Source: an uncultured Chloroflexia bacterium
GTDB taxonomy: Bacteria > Chloroflexota > Anaerolineae > B4-G1 > SLSP01
Length of the DNA: 64,000 nt
Direction of reading: 5' to 3'
Assembly: GCA_963751345.1 (NCBI GenBank)
Contig: CAVVUS010000027.1
Location: 1 to 64,000, forward strand
Positions 20,213 through 31,877 of the stretch are shown piece by piece. The position numbers and the translations under genes were made by a program. Each line of letters starts with the position of its first letter. Position 1 is the stretch's first letter. The notes under the pieces are model-generated. The model saw only the letters and a program-made list of their open reading frames with translations. It searched no databases and was not told the origin of the DNA.

Positions 20213-23200
20213 ATGACTAAACGAGGATTTCGATGCGATTGCATCTATAGGGCTCTCATTAGTGTTATACGTAGTCGGTGTCAGGCTGACTCTAGCTGCC
20301 CCGCCTTCCTGGAAGCCTTCAGTTGCGGATACTGCCGCCGTCACTAGCTCAAAGCCTGATGTCAAGCAGCCAATCCAGGGCAGTACTATCATGGTCCTTC
20401 AAAGACTCCGCGGCAGGTGTTCGGCTAATCGGCAGTCGGCGGACCGCATTGTCCTGGAGTTCGTGACCGGTGATTACACGATCACGAACGTTTCGACGGA
20501 AGAAGGCACCTGTCAGGAAATCATGATTCGGGTTACCAGACAGCTGCCGATCCAGGGCATCCTTCCCTCCCTGCTACCCAGGCGGCCGTTGGTGTACCCG
20601 TCGCTTCAGACCCTTCAGTGCGTGTGGTCAGCTCACAATCCAGATTGCTCCCCGGCGCCTACGATCTGTGTCCCGAGGCAAGCCCCATCATTGATACGAA
20701 CCTGACGGGCGAGAGCCTTACACAAGTAGCTGGCTGGACCAGGGTTCGCGATGTTGCTGCTTACGCTATTGACGCATTCGCTCCTGCCGATCTCGTGGAG
20801 CTCTCTTCGACCGGCTTCATCCGAAATCAGCGGATTGCTGAGCTGCTCATCCATCCCGCTCAGTATAATGCCGTCTCTGGCCAGGTACGACTTGCGACCC
20901 ATCTCGTGATAGAGGTCCAATTGGGCACAGCGGCAGAGGACGAACAAGGCACTTCGGATACTCGCATTCAGCAGGATCTGCCCACCCTTCGAAAGCGTCC
21001 TTAGCGGCTATCTCGTGAACTACGAGGCAGCAAAAGCCTGGCGCCAGCAGCCGCCGTTGGGATGCCTTCGCAGATTCCTTCCGATCTTCATATAGAAACG
21101 ACATCTTCTAGCACGCCGATCTACCGTATCCAGATCAAGGAGTCTGGCGTATACAGCCTTACCTATGGTGAGCTTTCAGCTGCAGACCCCTCTGTCAACC
21201 TTACTACTGTCGACCCACAAAACTTTCATCTTACCAACCAAGGGCAGGAAGTCGCAATCCAAGTGACTGGAGAAAGCGACGGATCTTTTGATTTGGGGGA
21301 TACAATCTACTTCTTCGGACAAGCCTTAGATACGGTATATGCGGATGAGAACACGTACTGGTTGACCTGGAATGGTCAACCCGGCCAGCGAATAACAACT
21401 TCTGATGGGCAACCGACAGGAGGGGAAACAACGCCAGCGTTCTTCTTCACCGATGATGTGATAGAGCAGGACAAACGCTACGTGAGCGATTACCCAAGTG
21501 AAGACGGGGACCATTGGTTCTGGAGTATATACTTCAGCGTCGGCTCTCCAATTACCAAGTCACATATATTCGATGTCCTTGACACCGTGTCAGGGGTACC
21601 TACAGCTACGCTTGGCGGGTTGCTGACAGGTTTTGGCGCCGACCCATACCAATCGGTGGAAGTACGTCTTAACCAACACTGGGTGTATAGCGCCACTTGG
21701 CCATCAGCAAAAGATCACGTGTTTGAGGTTATCGTACCAAATTCTTACTTAGCGAGCGGGACTAACAGAATCGACGTGACAGCCGGGATCGGGAATCTCA
21801 CAGACGGTCTTCTCGTCAACCGGTTTTACCTATCGCACGCGATGCCCTACATCGCTCATCAGAATGCCCTGTGGTTTGATGGCGATAAGACCGGTGTATG
21901 GGACTATGAGCTGACGGGATTTACTACAAATACCGTGAGAATCTTCGATATCACCAATCCAAGACAAGCCATAGAGATCGCTGGAGCGCAAGTTCAACAG
22001 AATGCCACTACTTACAACCTTACGATCGAGCAGACTATCCAGGGAGAGCATCACTACCTTGCACTATCTCCTAGCAGTGTAAAATCGCCCCTGTCGGTGG
22101 AACGTGATGCCGTATCCGATCTACACAATACCCTCAACCGCGCAGACTATCTGGTTATCAGCCCCAGCGATTTCTATACTGCAGCTCAGACGCTAGCTGT
22201 TTACCGCGCATCTCAGGGGCTGCAGACAATGTCGGTTGATGTGCAGGACATTTACGATGAATTCAACTACGGCATTCCCGATGCCGAAGCTATCCATCAA
22301 TTCATCTCTTACACATATGCCTCTTGGACCCAACCTGTGCCATCCTATGTCGTCTTACTTGGCGACGGCAACTTCGATCCGAAAGACAACTTGGGACTTG
22401 GCGAAAAAAGCTATATCCCCCCATATCTTGCTGATGTCGATCCCTGGATCAGGGAAACGGCCGCTGACAATCGCTACGTATGCGTGAGCGGTAATGATAC
22501 ACTGCCTGACCTGTTCATTGGACGGCTTCCCGCTAACAGCTTGGACGAGGCAAATGCGCTTGTCAGCAAAGTCATTAGCTATGAGCAAACACCACCAAGT
22601 GGTAGCTGGGCATCCCAGATGCTATTCATCGCAGACAATGCCGACTCTGCCGGTGATTTTGCTGCTGACTCCGATATCGTTGCCGATCACTATGTGCCTT
22701 CCTCTTATAGTGTCGAGAAGGTGTACTACGGCATCACGCACTTAACGCCAGAGTCTGCACGTACTGCTATTACTTCGTCCATTAACTCGGGCAAGTTGAT
22801 CGTGAACTATGCCGGGCACGGGAGCGCTCAGCTTTGGGCTACCGAACAACTACTCACAACTGGGATTCTCGCCACGTTGACGAATACTGACGAGCTGCCG
22901 TTTGTTGCCCCTATGACCTGCTACGAAGGCTATTTCATCTGGCCGGGCCACCCCTCAATGGCAGAGACCTTTGTCCGCCTCCCCACCACCGGTGCCATCG
23001 CCAGTTGGTCAGCCACCGGCCAAGGCCTCTCAGCTGGCCACGACTACCTCAACCACGGCCTCTTCGAGGCCCTCTTCCAAGAAGACATCACCGAACTCGG
23101 CCCAGCGACGACCTACGCCAAGCTCTACCTCGCCGCCAACACACCCTACTACCGCGACCTGCTCGACACCTACACGCTCTTCGGCGATCCGGCGACGCGG

Positions 23201-24037
23201 CTGAACGTCCTGCCCGTCGACGTGCAGATCGAGAAACAGACGCTAGGCGGGCAGACGGGGTTCACGTCTGGCCACCCCATCACCTACACGCTGAACTACG
23301 CCAACGCCGGCCCGGCCACTGCGCATCACGTGACGATCACCGATACGCTGCCTGCGGCCCTCAATGCAGTCTCCTGGACCTCCAGCGGCAGTGTGATCAC
23401 GGCGAGGGTCGGCAGCACGTACACCTGGGACGTCGAGGATCTGCCGGCGGGCACGGGCGGTGTGATCACGGTGACGGGAACCATCAACGAGGCCTACCAA
23501 GGATCGTTGTCCAACACGGCCGAGATCGCGACGACCTCCAGGGAGACCGATACCACCAACAACACCAGCCAGTTTGCCGTGCAGGTGGCCCCGATCACGA
23601 CCGACGTCAAAGTCACGGATCTGACGATTGAGGGGAGCTCCTCTTCTTCCTGGCTGCGGCCAGGCGATACGGTGACCTACACGCTCGCGTTCGAGAATAC
23701 AGGGCCCGACATCGCCCGCGACGTCGTCCTGACCGACATTCTTCCCACGCGTCTGACTCAGGCGACCTTCTCCGCCTCGGGTGTCGGCGCAACCCAGCAA
23801 GCTGGCACGCGCTTCGTCTGGGACATCTCGGACATGGCCCCCGGGGCTACGGGACAGATCGTCATCACGAGCGTCGTCGATCACGACCTGCATCGCGAGG
23901 CAATCACCAACACGGCCACGATCTCGACGTCGTCGGTTGACGAGTATGAACCCAACAACACGGCGAGCGTGACGGTGATGATAAGCCCCTACCAGATCTA
24001 CCTGCCCATCGCGCTGAGGAACGTCGCAGGTAGGTAG
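20213..24037 (+). CDS. Secreted C25 (gingipain/PorU-like) cysteine peptidase with propeptide, two DUF11-like Ig domains and a C-terminal YLPIALR motif (indels in the 5' part)
   Basis: VQDIYDEFNYG, YVVLLGDG, IGRLP, catalytic NYAGHG and MTCYEGYF, YTLFGDP; DUF11-like ITYTLNYANAGP and VTYTLAFENTGP. Confidence 0.88.
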
Positions 24038-24077
24038 GACACGATCTCGGGCACTCCTACCCCATTCGTAACCATAC

Positions 24078-24110
24078 AAAAACGCCCCGGCCTTCTGCCG
24101 GGGCGTTTTT
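24078..24110. terminator. Bidirectional intrinsic terminator
   Basis: AAAAA-CGCCCCGGC-cttct-GCCGGGGCG-TTTTT between the convergent C25 gene and tRNA. Confidence 0.9.
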
Positions 24111-24115
24111 GGTCA

Positions 24116-24186
24116 CTGGGGGCGGAGGATTTGAACCCCCACATACGGATTCAGAGTCCGCTGTCCTACCGTTAGACGAGCCCCCA
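24116..24186 (-). tRNA. tRNA-Gln (anticodon CTG); CCA not encoded
   Basis: Reverse complement TGGGGGC...GCGGA-CT-CTG-AA-TCCGT...GGTTCAAATCC...GCCCCCAG folds as a cloverleaf. Confidence 0.95.
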
Positions 24187-24262
24187 ATATCGCAACGAGG
24201 CGTAGTATACCATGCTCCATAAAATCCGCAAGACACGCATCGCCGGGGCAGCCGTGTGCCTC

Positions 24263-24304
24263 ACAAACAAGGAGCCCAAGGGCACATAGGTACCCTTGGG
24301 CTCC
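24263..24304 (-). terminator. Intrinsic terminator after the YtxH-like gene
   Basis: GGAGCCCAAGGG/CCCTTGGGCTCC stem followed by TTGTTTGT on the minus strand. Confidence 0.75.
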
Positions 24305-24324
24305 GGTTTCACCCCAACGACGCC

Positions 24325-24678
24325 CTAGGCCGCCTCAGCCTCCTCCGTCATCGTCTCGACGGCGGCCTCCGCCTCCTCGGCCTTCTCCTTGCCCATCGAC
24401 TCAATCTGCGACTGTAGCTCCTGGGCCCGGCTCTGGATCTCCTTCGTGGCTTCCTCGAGCTTCCCGCGCGCGTCGGTCAGAAGCGCCTCCGCCTTCTCTC
24501 GCGCTTCCTCTGCCTTCTCCGACGCCTGCTCGCTGAGCTCGATCGACTTCTGACGAATCTGGTCGCGTGTCTCCTCGCCGGACTGCGGCGCAAACAGCAG
24601 ACCTACGGCCGCACCCATCAGAGCCCCGAAGAAGAACCCAACGACAAACGTGCCGAACTCACTTTCCTGATTGGACAT
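24325..24678 (-). CDS. YtxH domain protein
   Basis: FVVGFFFGALMGAAVGLLFAPQSGEETR plus coiled coil; GGAGG RBS. Confidence 0.9.
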   Translation of the reverse strand: MSNQESEFGTFVVGFFFGALMGAAVGLLFAPQSGEETRDQIRQKSIELSEQASEKAEEAREKAEALLTDARGKLEEATKEIQSRAQELQSQIESMGKEKAEEAEAAVETMTEEAEAA

Positions 24679-25213
24679 TTTGGTTACCTCCACTTGTTTT
24701 GGTTTTTGTAGGTGTCACGGAACGAGGCCGCATGGCCTTCGCCACGCCCATGGTGTTACTCACGACCTTCTGAACGGCCGAGGTAAAGCCGGCAAACTTG
24801 ATGATGGGCGTGACGAGGTTGTGGCTGACAAACTCAGTCGTCCCCCTCACGGTCGAGGCCGTGTCGTTCACAGAATGCAACAACGGCTGGATCTCATCGC
24901 GCAGGACCTGGATCAATACCTGGATCTGGAAGAGCAACAGGATCATCGCCAGACCGATCAAGAACGTCTCCACGGCAACAAAGACGATGGCGATATCGCG
25001 CACGACCTGTGTAGCGGTCGGGAACTTGGCCATCAGGACGATGGCCGCGACCAAGATGACCAAGAAGCCAACCGCGCCCCCGATGATGTACATCTGGGTG
25101 CGCTTGGCGGCCCGCTCTTCCGCGGTCAAGGGACCCGAGGTCTTGGGGGATTCGGCCTGAACTGGACCCCCGCCAGGGGTGGCCGAACCAGCCGATGTTG
25201 TGTCAGACTCCAT
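24659..25213 (-). CDS. Hypothetical membrane protein (DUF948/YtxG-like)
   Basis: Two TM helices; overlaps the ytxH-like gene; GGAGG RBS. Confidence 0.6.
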   Translation of the reverse strand: MESDTTSAGSATPGGGPVQAESPKTSGPLTAEERAAKRTQMYIIGGAVGFLVILVAAIVLMAKFPTATQVVRDIAIVFVAVETFLIGLAMILLLFQIQVLIQVLRDEIQPLLHSVNDTASTVRGTTEFVSHNLVTPIIKFAGFTSAVQKVVSNTMGVAKAMRPRSVTPTKTKTSGGNQNVQSGK

Positions 25214-25297
25214 GGTTACCTCCTCGCATGACGTGACATGCGTATTGTACCACGCAGTCAGGGCCGATACAAGAGAAATGTGATGATAAAAGAGACC

Positions 25298-27352
25298 CTA
25301 TTTGTCAAAAGGTTGTGATCGGCGCGCCCCAGAGACGCCATCCACATCCATCTCCCGCCAATACCCGCCCGGGGCATCGTCATTGGCCCACTCCAGACCC
25401 GGTAACAGGACCGTGATCCCATCACCGGCCTCGTCCAGACGGAACCAATAGCGCCGTTCGTACATCACATAAGAGCTCAGCGAGGGATCGTCGGCAAAGA
25501 AGACACCTACATTGAGCAACTCGGCGTCGGAGAGTGCCCCAATGTCTGCGATCTGCGCCTTGGCGGCGCCTTCGAAGGTCACCCCGTCCGGCGTGATCAG
25601 CCACTGCACGGGGTAGACCTGCCCTCGGACCGACGCATCGTCGAGCAGGAACGTCTCGCCGGCGCCGTTGTTCCAGACGTAGGCGTACACGTAGGGGCTG
25701 TCGGTCGGGTTTGTGATCTGCAACGCCGGGGCAAAGGATGTCCCCCGGTGAAATGCATAGGCATCCAGTAGGTCGTCATACGCCCCCGTGTTGAGCCGCC
25801 ATACCTCACGCCAGCGGGCAAGATCCCAGAACTCCCCTCGGATAACAAAGGAGAGCTTGTCGTAGTAGGCCGACAGGTTGGGATCGGCGATACGGTTCTC
25901 CCCCGTCTCCAGCGTGAGCAAGTACCCCTCGGGCGGGCGCCGCCCGAAGTGACCGATCTGCCAGTTCGGGTCGGTCACCGGCAGCCTCGCCAGGAGCGGA
26001 TCGCCGAGCGCCAGGAGATCCACGACGTGGACTTCCGGCCCGGCGTTGAAGCCATAGAACCCCACCGAGCCCCTGACCACGACGGCAGGGCCGGCCTCAC
26101 GCGCCTCACGCCCCTCCTCGGCCCAATCGTGATCGGGCAGCGCAACGTGGCGCCGGAACGCCTCGAGCAGCCCCGTGTTATGGTAGTAGTTGGCCCGCTC
26201 GTCGGTGATGCTGCGCCCGCGCACCCACACGTCCGGATCGGTGTCGGCGCTCTTGGCGCCGGTCGCGCGCAGAGGGGTATACGGCGAACTCAACCCGATG
26301 ACCACCAAGCACAAGGCAAGTCCCGCCTGCGCTAAGACCTTTGGGGTTCCAGCTCGAGCTTGCTCGGGCCAAAACCCCAAAGGTCTTCGACAGTCGCCAC
26401 TGCGTCATCGCCACGATCACGACAGCCTGCAGCAGCGGGGCGGCGAGAAAGCGCCCGCTCATGAAGTCCCCACCCACGCGGACTACGTACAGGACGTAGA
26501 GCAGCACACCTCCCACCAGCGGCAGCTTGCGCCGGTCCGCCTGCAGCAATCGGCAACACAATCGCGAGGCCGATGACAACCAGCGTGATGGGATCCACCT
26601 TGAGGGAGTTCAGGAGATACATCAGCCCCTCGTGGTAGATCGCCGCGGGGCGTATCAGCCCGGCGTTGAGCTTCGCCATCGCCGTGTTGGGCACCGGCGA
26701 GCCGTAGTAGAGAAGCGCGAAGAGCTCCCAGGCGACAAGCGGCAGAAAGCCCAGGGCGCCCATCGCCAAGGCCTTGCGGCCCCGCACCTCGAGGAAGGCG
26801 AAGCCGAGCGCAGGCAGCATCAGCAGGCCGATATCCAGCCGGTTCAACATCCCCAGGGCTGTCAGCAGCGACAGCCAGAAGAAGCGCCGCACAGTAGGGG
26901 GACGCTTGAGATAGACCAGCAGGAATCCGGCCAGGATCACGTACGTGAGGGGGTTCTCCAGCCCCGACGTGGCGTAGTCGATGAAAGCCTTGGAGAGTGA
27001 GAGGATCCCCACCGCCAGCATCGCCATCCCGGATGTCCGTGCGCCACGCGTCGCGATCAGCGACCACCGCCAGGAACGAAAGCGCGATCGACACGCCCAG
27101 ACTGGTGAAGTAGATCTCACCGGTCAGCGCGTAGAAGCCGGAGAGCAGCAGCATCCACAGCGGGTGCGTGTAGACCTGCACGCGCTCGTCGACGTTCCAC
27201 GTCAGACCGTACCCGTGGATGAAATTGTCCACCGTTCTGAAGGTGATATAGGCGTCATCGGACAGCCAGGCGTTCAGAACCACCAGCGTCAGGAAGCCCG
27301 CCAGCAGTAGGCCGATGACGACTGTCGCAGAAGGTCGATCTCTCCGCGTCAA
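25298..27352 (-). CDS. GT-C membrane glycosyltransferase, AftB-like (indels)
   Basis: SDDAYITFRTVDN..GYGLTWNVDERVQVYTHPLW, TSGLENPL, PNTAMAK, GGDFMSGRF, DPLLARLP, IGHFGR. Confidence 0.75.
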
Positions 27353-28477
27353 GGGAGACGCTCCACGAACTCAGGTCCGGCATCCGTCCAGCGATAGAGG
27401 TACAGCGGCGCTCCGCGCCAGTATCCCTGATCGTCCCACGCAATCGTGCCGAGCCGGCCCGACCTATGGGTGTCCGGCAGCGCTTCGACCAATGCAGCGC
27501 GATCGGGTGTTCGCCCTCCGTCGAGCGCTGCAGCAATGGCATCAGCGATCACGTAGACCGCCTCGTACGTGGGCAGGGCGTAGGGTCCCGGAGGCGAGAC
27601 GTAGGGGCCCATCCCCAGATAGGCGTCAATCCATGGGCCGGTGCCATCGAGGTCCTGTGGGAAAGGGTAGGGCGTGACGAACCGGGCGCCGACGGCATCC
27701 GCCCCTGCTACCAGCCCGAAGCTCGCTGAGGCCAGACCAATCTCACCCACGACGCGCCCCGACCACGACTGCCGGCGCCATGCCGTCATCCCCTCACCGC
27801 TCTCGACCGGGGGCAGCGTAGCGTACACAATGGCCTGGCCATCGCTCGGCGCATCGGGGGTCGATCGCGGAATGCCGCGGGTCACCAGAGCGTCGGCGAC
27901 GGGGCCCTCCCCCCAGACAACGCTCGACTGAACCGCCTGATCATCCGCGGCCTGGATCATCGAGGCCGCCAGGGATTCCGGGGACGCGTTGAGAACCCAC
28001 GTCGATGCGGAGGAGATACCCCCAGCCCCCGATCTCCAGGTATGCCAACGTGCCGCGCGCATAGACCGGGGCAGCGACCGCGCTGGTCTCGGGGCGATAG
28101 TGACCGATGACCGCGACGACGTCGGGATCGATCACCAGATCACCCGCAGTCCTGATGGCGAGCGAACGATCGCCCCTGTCGTCATAGGCAGCCAACTCGA
28201 GGCGCCAGCCGTCAATGCCGCCTGCTTCATTGATCTCGCGAACGGCCAGTCGCGCCGCGTAGATGGCATCATAGCCGGTCGCGCGATATTGGCCCTCGAA
28301 TGGCGCGACGAGGCCGATCTTGAGGATGCCGGGGATACTTCGACTGCCACACCCGAGGAGCGACACTGCGACCAGGAAAACCAACACAGAGCGCGTGGCG
28401 TGCTGCCGGAAGCGCGGAACGATCCGAGGACGCTGCCGCGTGTCGAACCAGTGGTGTGCGAACACCGAAGGAGCCAA
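27349..28477 (-). CDS. Branched-chain amino-acid-type ABC substrate-binding lipoprotein (indel near 28030)
   Basis: LLGC lipobox, LKIGLVAPFEG, AVREINEAGGIDG, YDDRGD, VVAVIGH. Confidence 0.8.
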
Positions 28478-28490
28478 CAGCGAACGGGGC

Positions 28491-29057
28491 CTACCGCCCC
28501 AGAAACGTCAAGGCCTGACGGATCTTCTCGTCCAGGGAGAGGCCCTCGTCGCGGGGAAGTTGCTGGAGGGCACGCTGCGCCTCGACGATACTAAAGCCAA
28601 GCGCCGTGAGGGCAGCGATGATATCCGCATCATCTTCGGTCACCTGGATCTCTACGCCGGTATACCGCCGGATCTTGTCCTTGAGATGCAGAACGATCGC
28701 CTCGCCGGTCTTCTTTCCAATGCCCGGCGCACGCGCCAGTACCTCGGGCTGCCCGTTGAGGATAGCGCGGCGAAGCGTATCCGGCGACAGCGTGCCCATC
28801 AGGCTCAACGCTGCCTTCGGCCCAACACCGCTTACGCCGAGCAGCATCTCGAAGAGCTGCTTCTCGTCGAGCTCGGCAAAGCCATAGAGCGTCAGTTCGG
28901 TCTCCCGGACCTGCAGGTAAGTGTGAAGCTGGATGTGATCCCCCACGCGCAGGGCCAGATCCGCCGGCACGTAGACGGCGAACCCCACCCCGCCGACGTC
29001 AAGGACGACAAGACCGTCCTCGGCACGGGCGACCTTACCGACTAACTGAGCAATCAT
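28491..29057 (-). CDS. ruvA: Holliday junction branch migration protein RuvA
   Basis: MIAQLVGKV, DVGGVGF, LYGF, GVSGVGPKAA, PGIGKKT, ALTALGF. Confidence 0.96.
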   Translation of the reverse strand: MIAQLVGKVARAEDGLVVLDVGGVGFAVYVPADLALRVGDHIQLHTYLQVRETELTLYGFAELDEKQLFEMLLGVSGVGPKAALSLMGTLSPDTLRRAILNGQPEVLARAPGIGKKTGEAIVLHLKDKIRRYTGVEIQVTEDDADIIAALTALGFSIVEAQRALQQLPRDEGLSLDEKIRQALTFLGR

Positions 29058-29073
29058 CCCTCACCGGGCCCCT

Positions 29074-29556
29074 CTATAGATTGTCCAATTTCGCGCGATG
29101 CAGACAGCAGATCGCCACCGCGGCGGCGTCAGCTGCATCGTCGGGCCGTGGCAGCTCCGAAAGCCCCAACAACATGCGCACCATTTCCTGAACCTGGCGC
29201 TTGTCCGCATTACCATAGCCTGTCACCGCCTGCTTGACCTGCATCGGCGTATATTCAGCGATCGGCAGTCCTGCATCTGCCAGCGCCAGCAGGGTCACAC
29301 CCCGGGCGTGACCGACCGACATAGCAGTACGAGCATTACGACTGAAGAAAAGCTCCTCCACCGCGGACGCGTCGGGACGGGTGGCACCGACAATCTCGAT
29401 AAGCTGGCGGTAGATCTGCTGTAGACGCTCAGGCAGAGGCGTCTTCGCCGGCGTGGTGATCACACCGATCGCCAGCAACTGAAGACGCCCTGCCTCTTCC
29501 TCTACAACGGCATAACCTGTGGTCGCGGTTCCGGGGTCAATCCCCAAAACGCGCAT
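29074..29556 (-). CDS. ruvC: Crossover junction endodeoxyribonuclease RuvC
   Basis: VLGIDPG, VEELFF, HARGV, YTPMQVKQAVTGYGNADK, PDDAADA. Confidence 0.97.
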   Translation of the reverse strand: MRVLGIDPGTATTGYAVVEEEAGRLQLLAIGVITTPAKTPLPERLQQIYRQLIEIVGATRPDASAVEELFFSRNARTAMSVGHARGVTLLALADAGLPIAEYTPMQVKQAVTGYGNADKRQVQEMVRMLLGLSELPRPDDAADAAAVAICCLHRAKLDNL

Positions 29557-30327
29557 CTAGTCTCCAGCGACTGCTGCGTACGCGGAGACGGCCTCGTCCG
29601 TCATCTCTAGATTGGTGAAGACCCGGCTCACATCGTCGAGATCCTCGATCTCGTCGATCAGCCTCAGCATCCTCACCGTATCCGACTGGCTCAGCGTGAT
29701 CTCGTTCTGCGGCACCATCACCAACTCAGCCTCTTCCACCGGGATATCCATCTCCTTGAGCTGCTCGCTCACGGTATGAAGATCGGTCGGTTCGGTGTAG
29801 ACCTCATGGCTATCCTCTTCCGAGCCCTGCACGACGTCGGTGGCACCCGCCTCGACAGCGGCCATGAACAGCTCCTCGAAATCCACACTGTTCGGCACGG
29901 TGATCGCCCCCTTGCGGTCAAACTGCCACGCCACGGCGCCGGGGTTCGCCATGGAACCACCCGCACGACTCAAGGTGTGACGGAGTGCGGCAACTGAGCG
30001 GTTACGGTTATCGGTGACAACGTCGATCAACATCGCCACGCCGTTCGGGCCATAGCCCTCATAGACGACCTGTACGATCTCCTCGGCATCCTTGTCATCA
30101 CCAGTCCCGCGCTTGATCGCCCGATCGATGTTATCCTTGGGCATTCCCAACGCGCGCGCATTGTCGAGCACCATACGCAGGCGAATGTTGCTATCGGGAT
30201 CGCCCCCGCCGCCCTCACGGACGGCTATGACGATCTCGCGCGCGGCCTTGGTGAAAACCGCCCCACGCTTCGAGTCGTTTGCTTCCTTCTTACGCCGAAT
30301 CGTTGACCAATGGCTATGACCAGACAT
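29557..30327 (-). CDS. yebC: YebC/PmpR family protein
   Basis: MSGHSHWSTIRRKK, MPKDNIDRAI, YEGYGPNGVA, TDNRNR, DLDDVSRVFTN. Confidence 0.95.
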   Translation of the reverse strand: MSGHSHWSTIRRKKEANDSKRGAVFTKAAREIVIAVREGGGGDPDSNIRLRMVLDNARALGMPKDNIDRAIKRGTGDDKDAEEIVQVVYEGYGPNGVAMLIDVVTDNRNRSVAALRHTLSRAGGSMANPGAVAWQFDRKGAITVPNSVDFEELFMAAVEAGATDVVQGSEEDSHEVYTEPTDLHTVSEQLKEMDIPVEEAELVMVPQNEITLSQSDTVRMLRLIDEIEDLDDVSRVFTNLEMTDEAVSAYAAVAGD

Positions 30328-30407
30328 ACAACCTCCTTACACATACCCTCAATGATAGTATCAATCTGCTAATCTTTGTAGAAAACCAACCGGGCGACGT
30401 CTCTTGC

Positions 30408-31377
30408 TCACTCGCCCGGTTGTTCGGAACCCAATACGGTCCCGATGAAATCCTGTCGTCCACGCACAAAGGCGCCGCCGTCCATGGGACGCTTACCGGC
30501 CATCTGTAGATAGACGAGAGCCAGATGCCCCTCCCCTGTGGCGACAACCGGCAGCCCTTCCCACAACGAGACAGTCCCCGGCGCGTCCCCCTCCGTCTCC
30601 GATCGGAGCACATCGTCAGGTTCGACAATTCGGGATCTCAGGATCTTGAGCCTGACACCCTCCCAGAACGTGTAGGCCCCTGGGTCCGGGGAGAAGGCTC
30701 GGATGTGATTGTGCCCTTCCTCAGCGGATGCGGCCCAGTCGATAAGTGCCTGCGACTTGCGGAAAGTTCGCGTCATCGTCACGCCCTCTTCGGGCTGCGG
30801 CTGCGGCTCAATCTGACCCGAAAGGTATGCCGGCAACACACCCATCAGAAGATCCGCGCCGAGCCGAGCGAGACGGCTCTCCAGTTCGCCGGCGGTTTCG
30901 TTAGGATCAATAGGCGTCTCGCGGGCCGCGAGCATGGGCCCTGTGTCGAGGCCCTCATCCAGCTTGATGATCGTCACCCCCGTTACTTCGTCACCGGCGA
31001 GCAAAGCCCCCTGAATCGGCGCAGCCCCTCGCCATCTGGGCAAGAGGCGAAGCATGAACGTTGAGGACGCCAAACCGCGGCGCATCGAGAACTGCCTTGG
31101 GCAGAATCTGACCATAAGCAGCCACCACCGCCACGTCCGGCGCCCAGGCACGGAAATGCGCCACCGCCTCCGCGTTACGCATCCGAGCCGGCTGGAAAAC
31201 AGCAATCCCCTCGGCAAGCGCAAACTCCTTCACCGGTGACATCATCACACGCCGGCCCCGGCCCGCAGGCCGATCCGGTTGAGTGACAACGCCTACGACG
31301 GTATATCGCTCGGCGAGTTGTTCCAGAGTGGGAAGCGCAAACTCGGGCGTCCCCATAAAGATGACACGGGTCTCCAC
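30408..31377 (-). CDS. fmt: Methionyl-tRNA formyltransferase (indel near 31050)
   Basis: [51 protein letters not shown]. Confidence 0.95.
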
Positions 31378-31425
31378 ACTCACAATTTTATCACAAGGCA
31401 ACCCAGGATCAAGCGGTTTTCGGCG

Positions 31426-31866
31426 CTATCTTGGTACTAACGGCGTGACGCCCTTCTTGAGGATGACATTGCCATACTTGGCCGTCTCACCCGTCATCAC
31501 AACCGCGAAAGCGCCCCTTGCCCGCTCGTAGAAGGCAAACCGCTCGATTCGCTCAATCGCGGGTGTCTCCGGCCATTGCCGGTCGATCGCCTCGCGATAG
31601 CTCGCCTCCACGGACGGATCCAGGCTGTCGCCCGGCACGGGCGCCATCATCATCACCGGGCTGTCGACGTAGCCATCCAGCGCAAGGAGCGGCAGGATCG
31701 CATCGAGCAAGTCAGCAACGCGCAGACCATCGGCCCGTACCACGTGAGAATTGACGCTTTCGCCTGGAAAGTGAGCATCGGCCAGGACGATCTCGTCGCC
31801 GTGCCCCATACGGTAAAGCACAGAAAGCAACTCGGGACTCAAGAGCGGTGAAATGCCAATCAGCAT
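31426..31866 (-). CDS. fucU: L-fucose mutarotase (RbsD/FucU family)
   Basis: [40 protein letters not shown]. Confidence 0.92.
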   Translation of the reverse strand: MLIGISPLLSPELLSVLYRMGHGDEIVLADAHFPGESVNSHVVRADGLRVADLLDAILPLLALDGYVDSPVMMMAPVPGDSLDPSVEASYREAIDRQWPETPAIERIERFAFYERARGAFAVVMTGETAKYGNVILKKGVTPLVPR

Positions 31867-31877
31867 AGTGGCCTCCT

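Noticed and set aside
28491-30327. Absence of ruvB beside yebC-ruvC-ruvA
   Set aside because: ruvB is often encoded elsewhere; this cannot be judged from one window.
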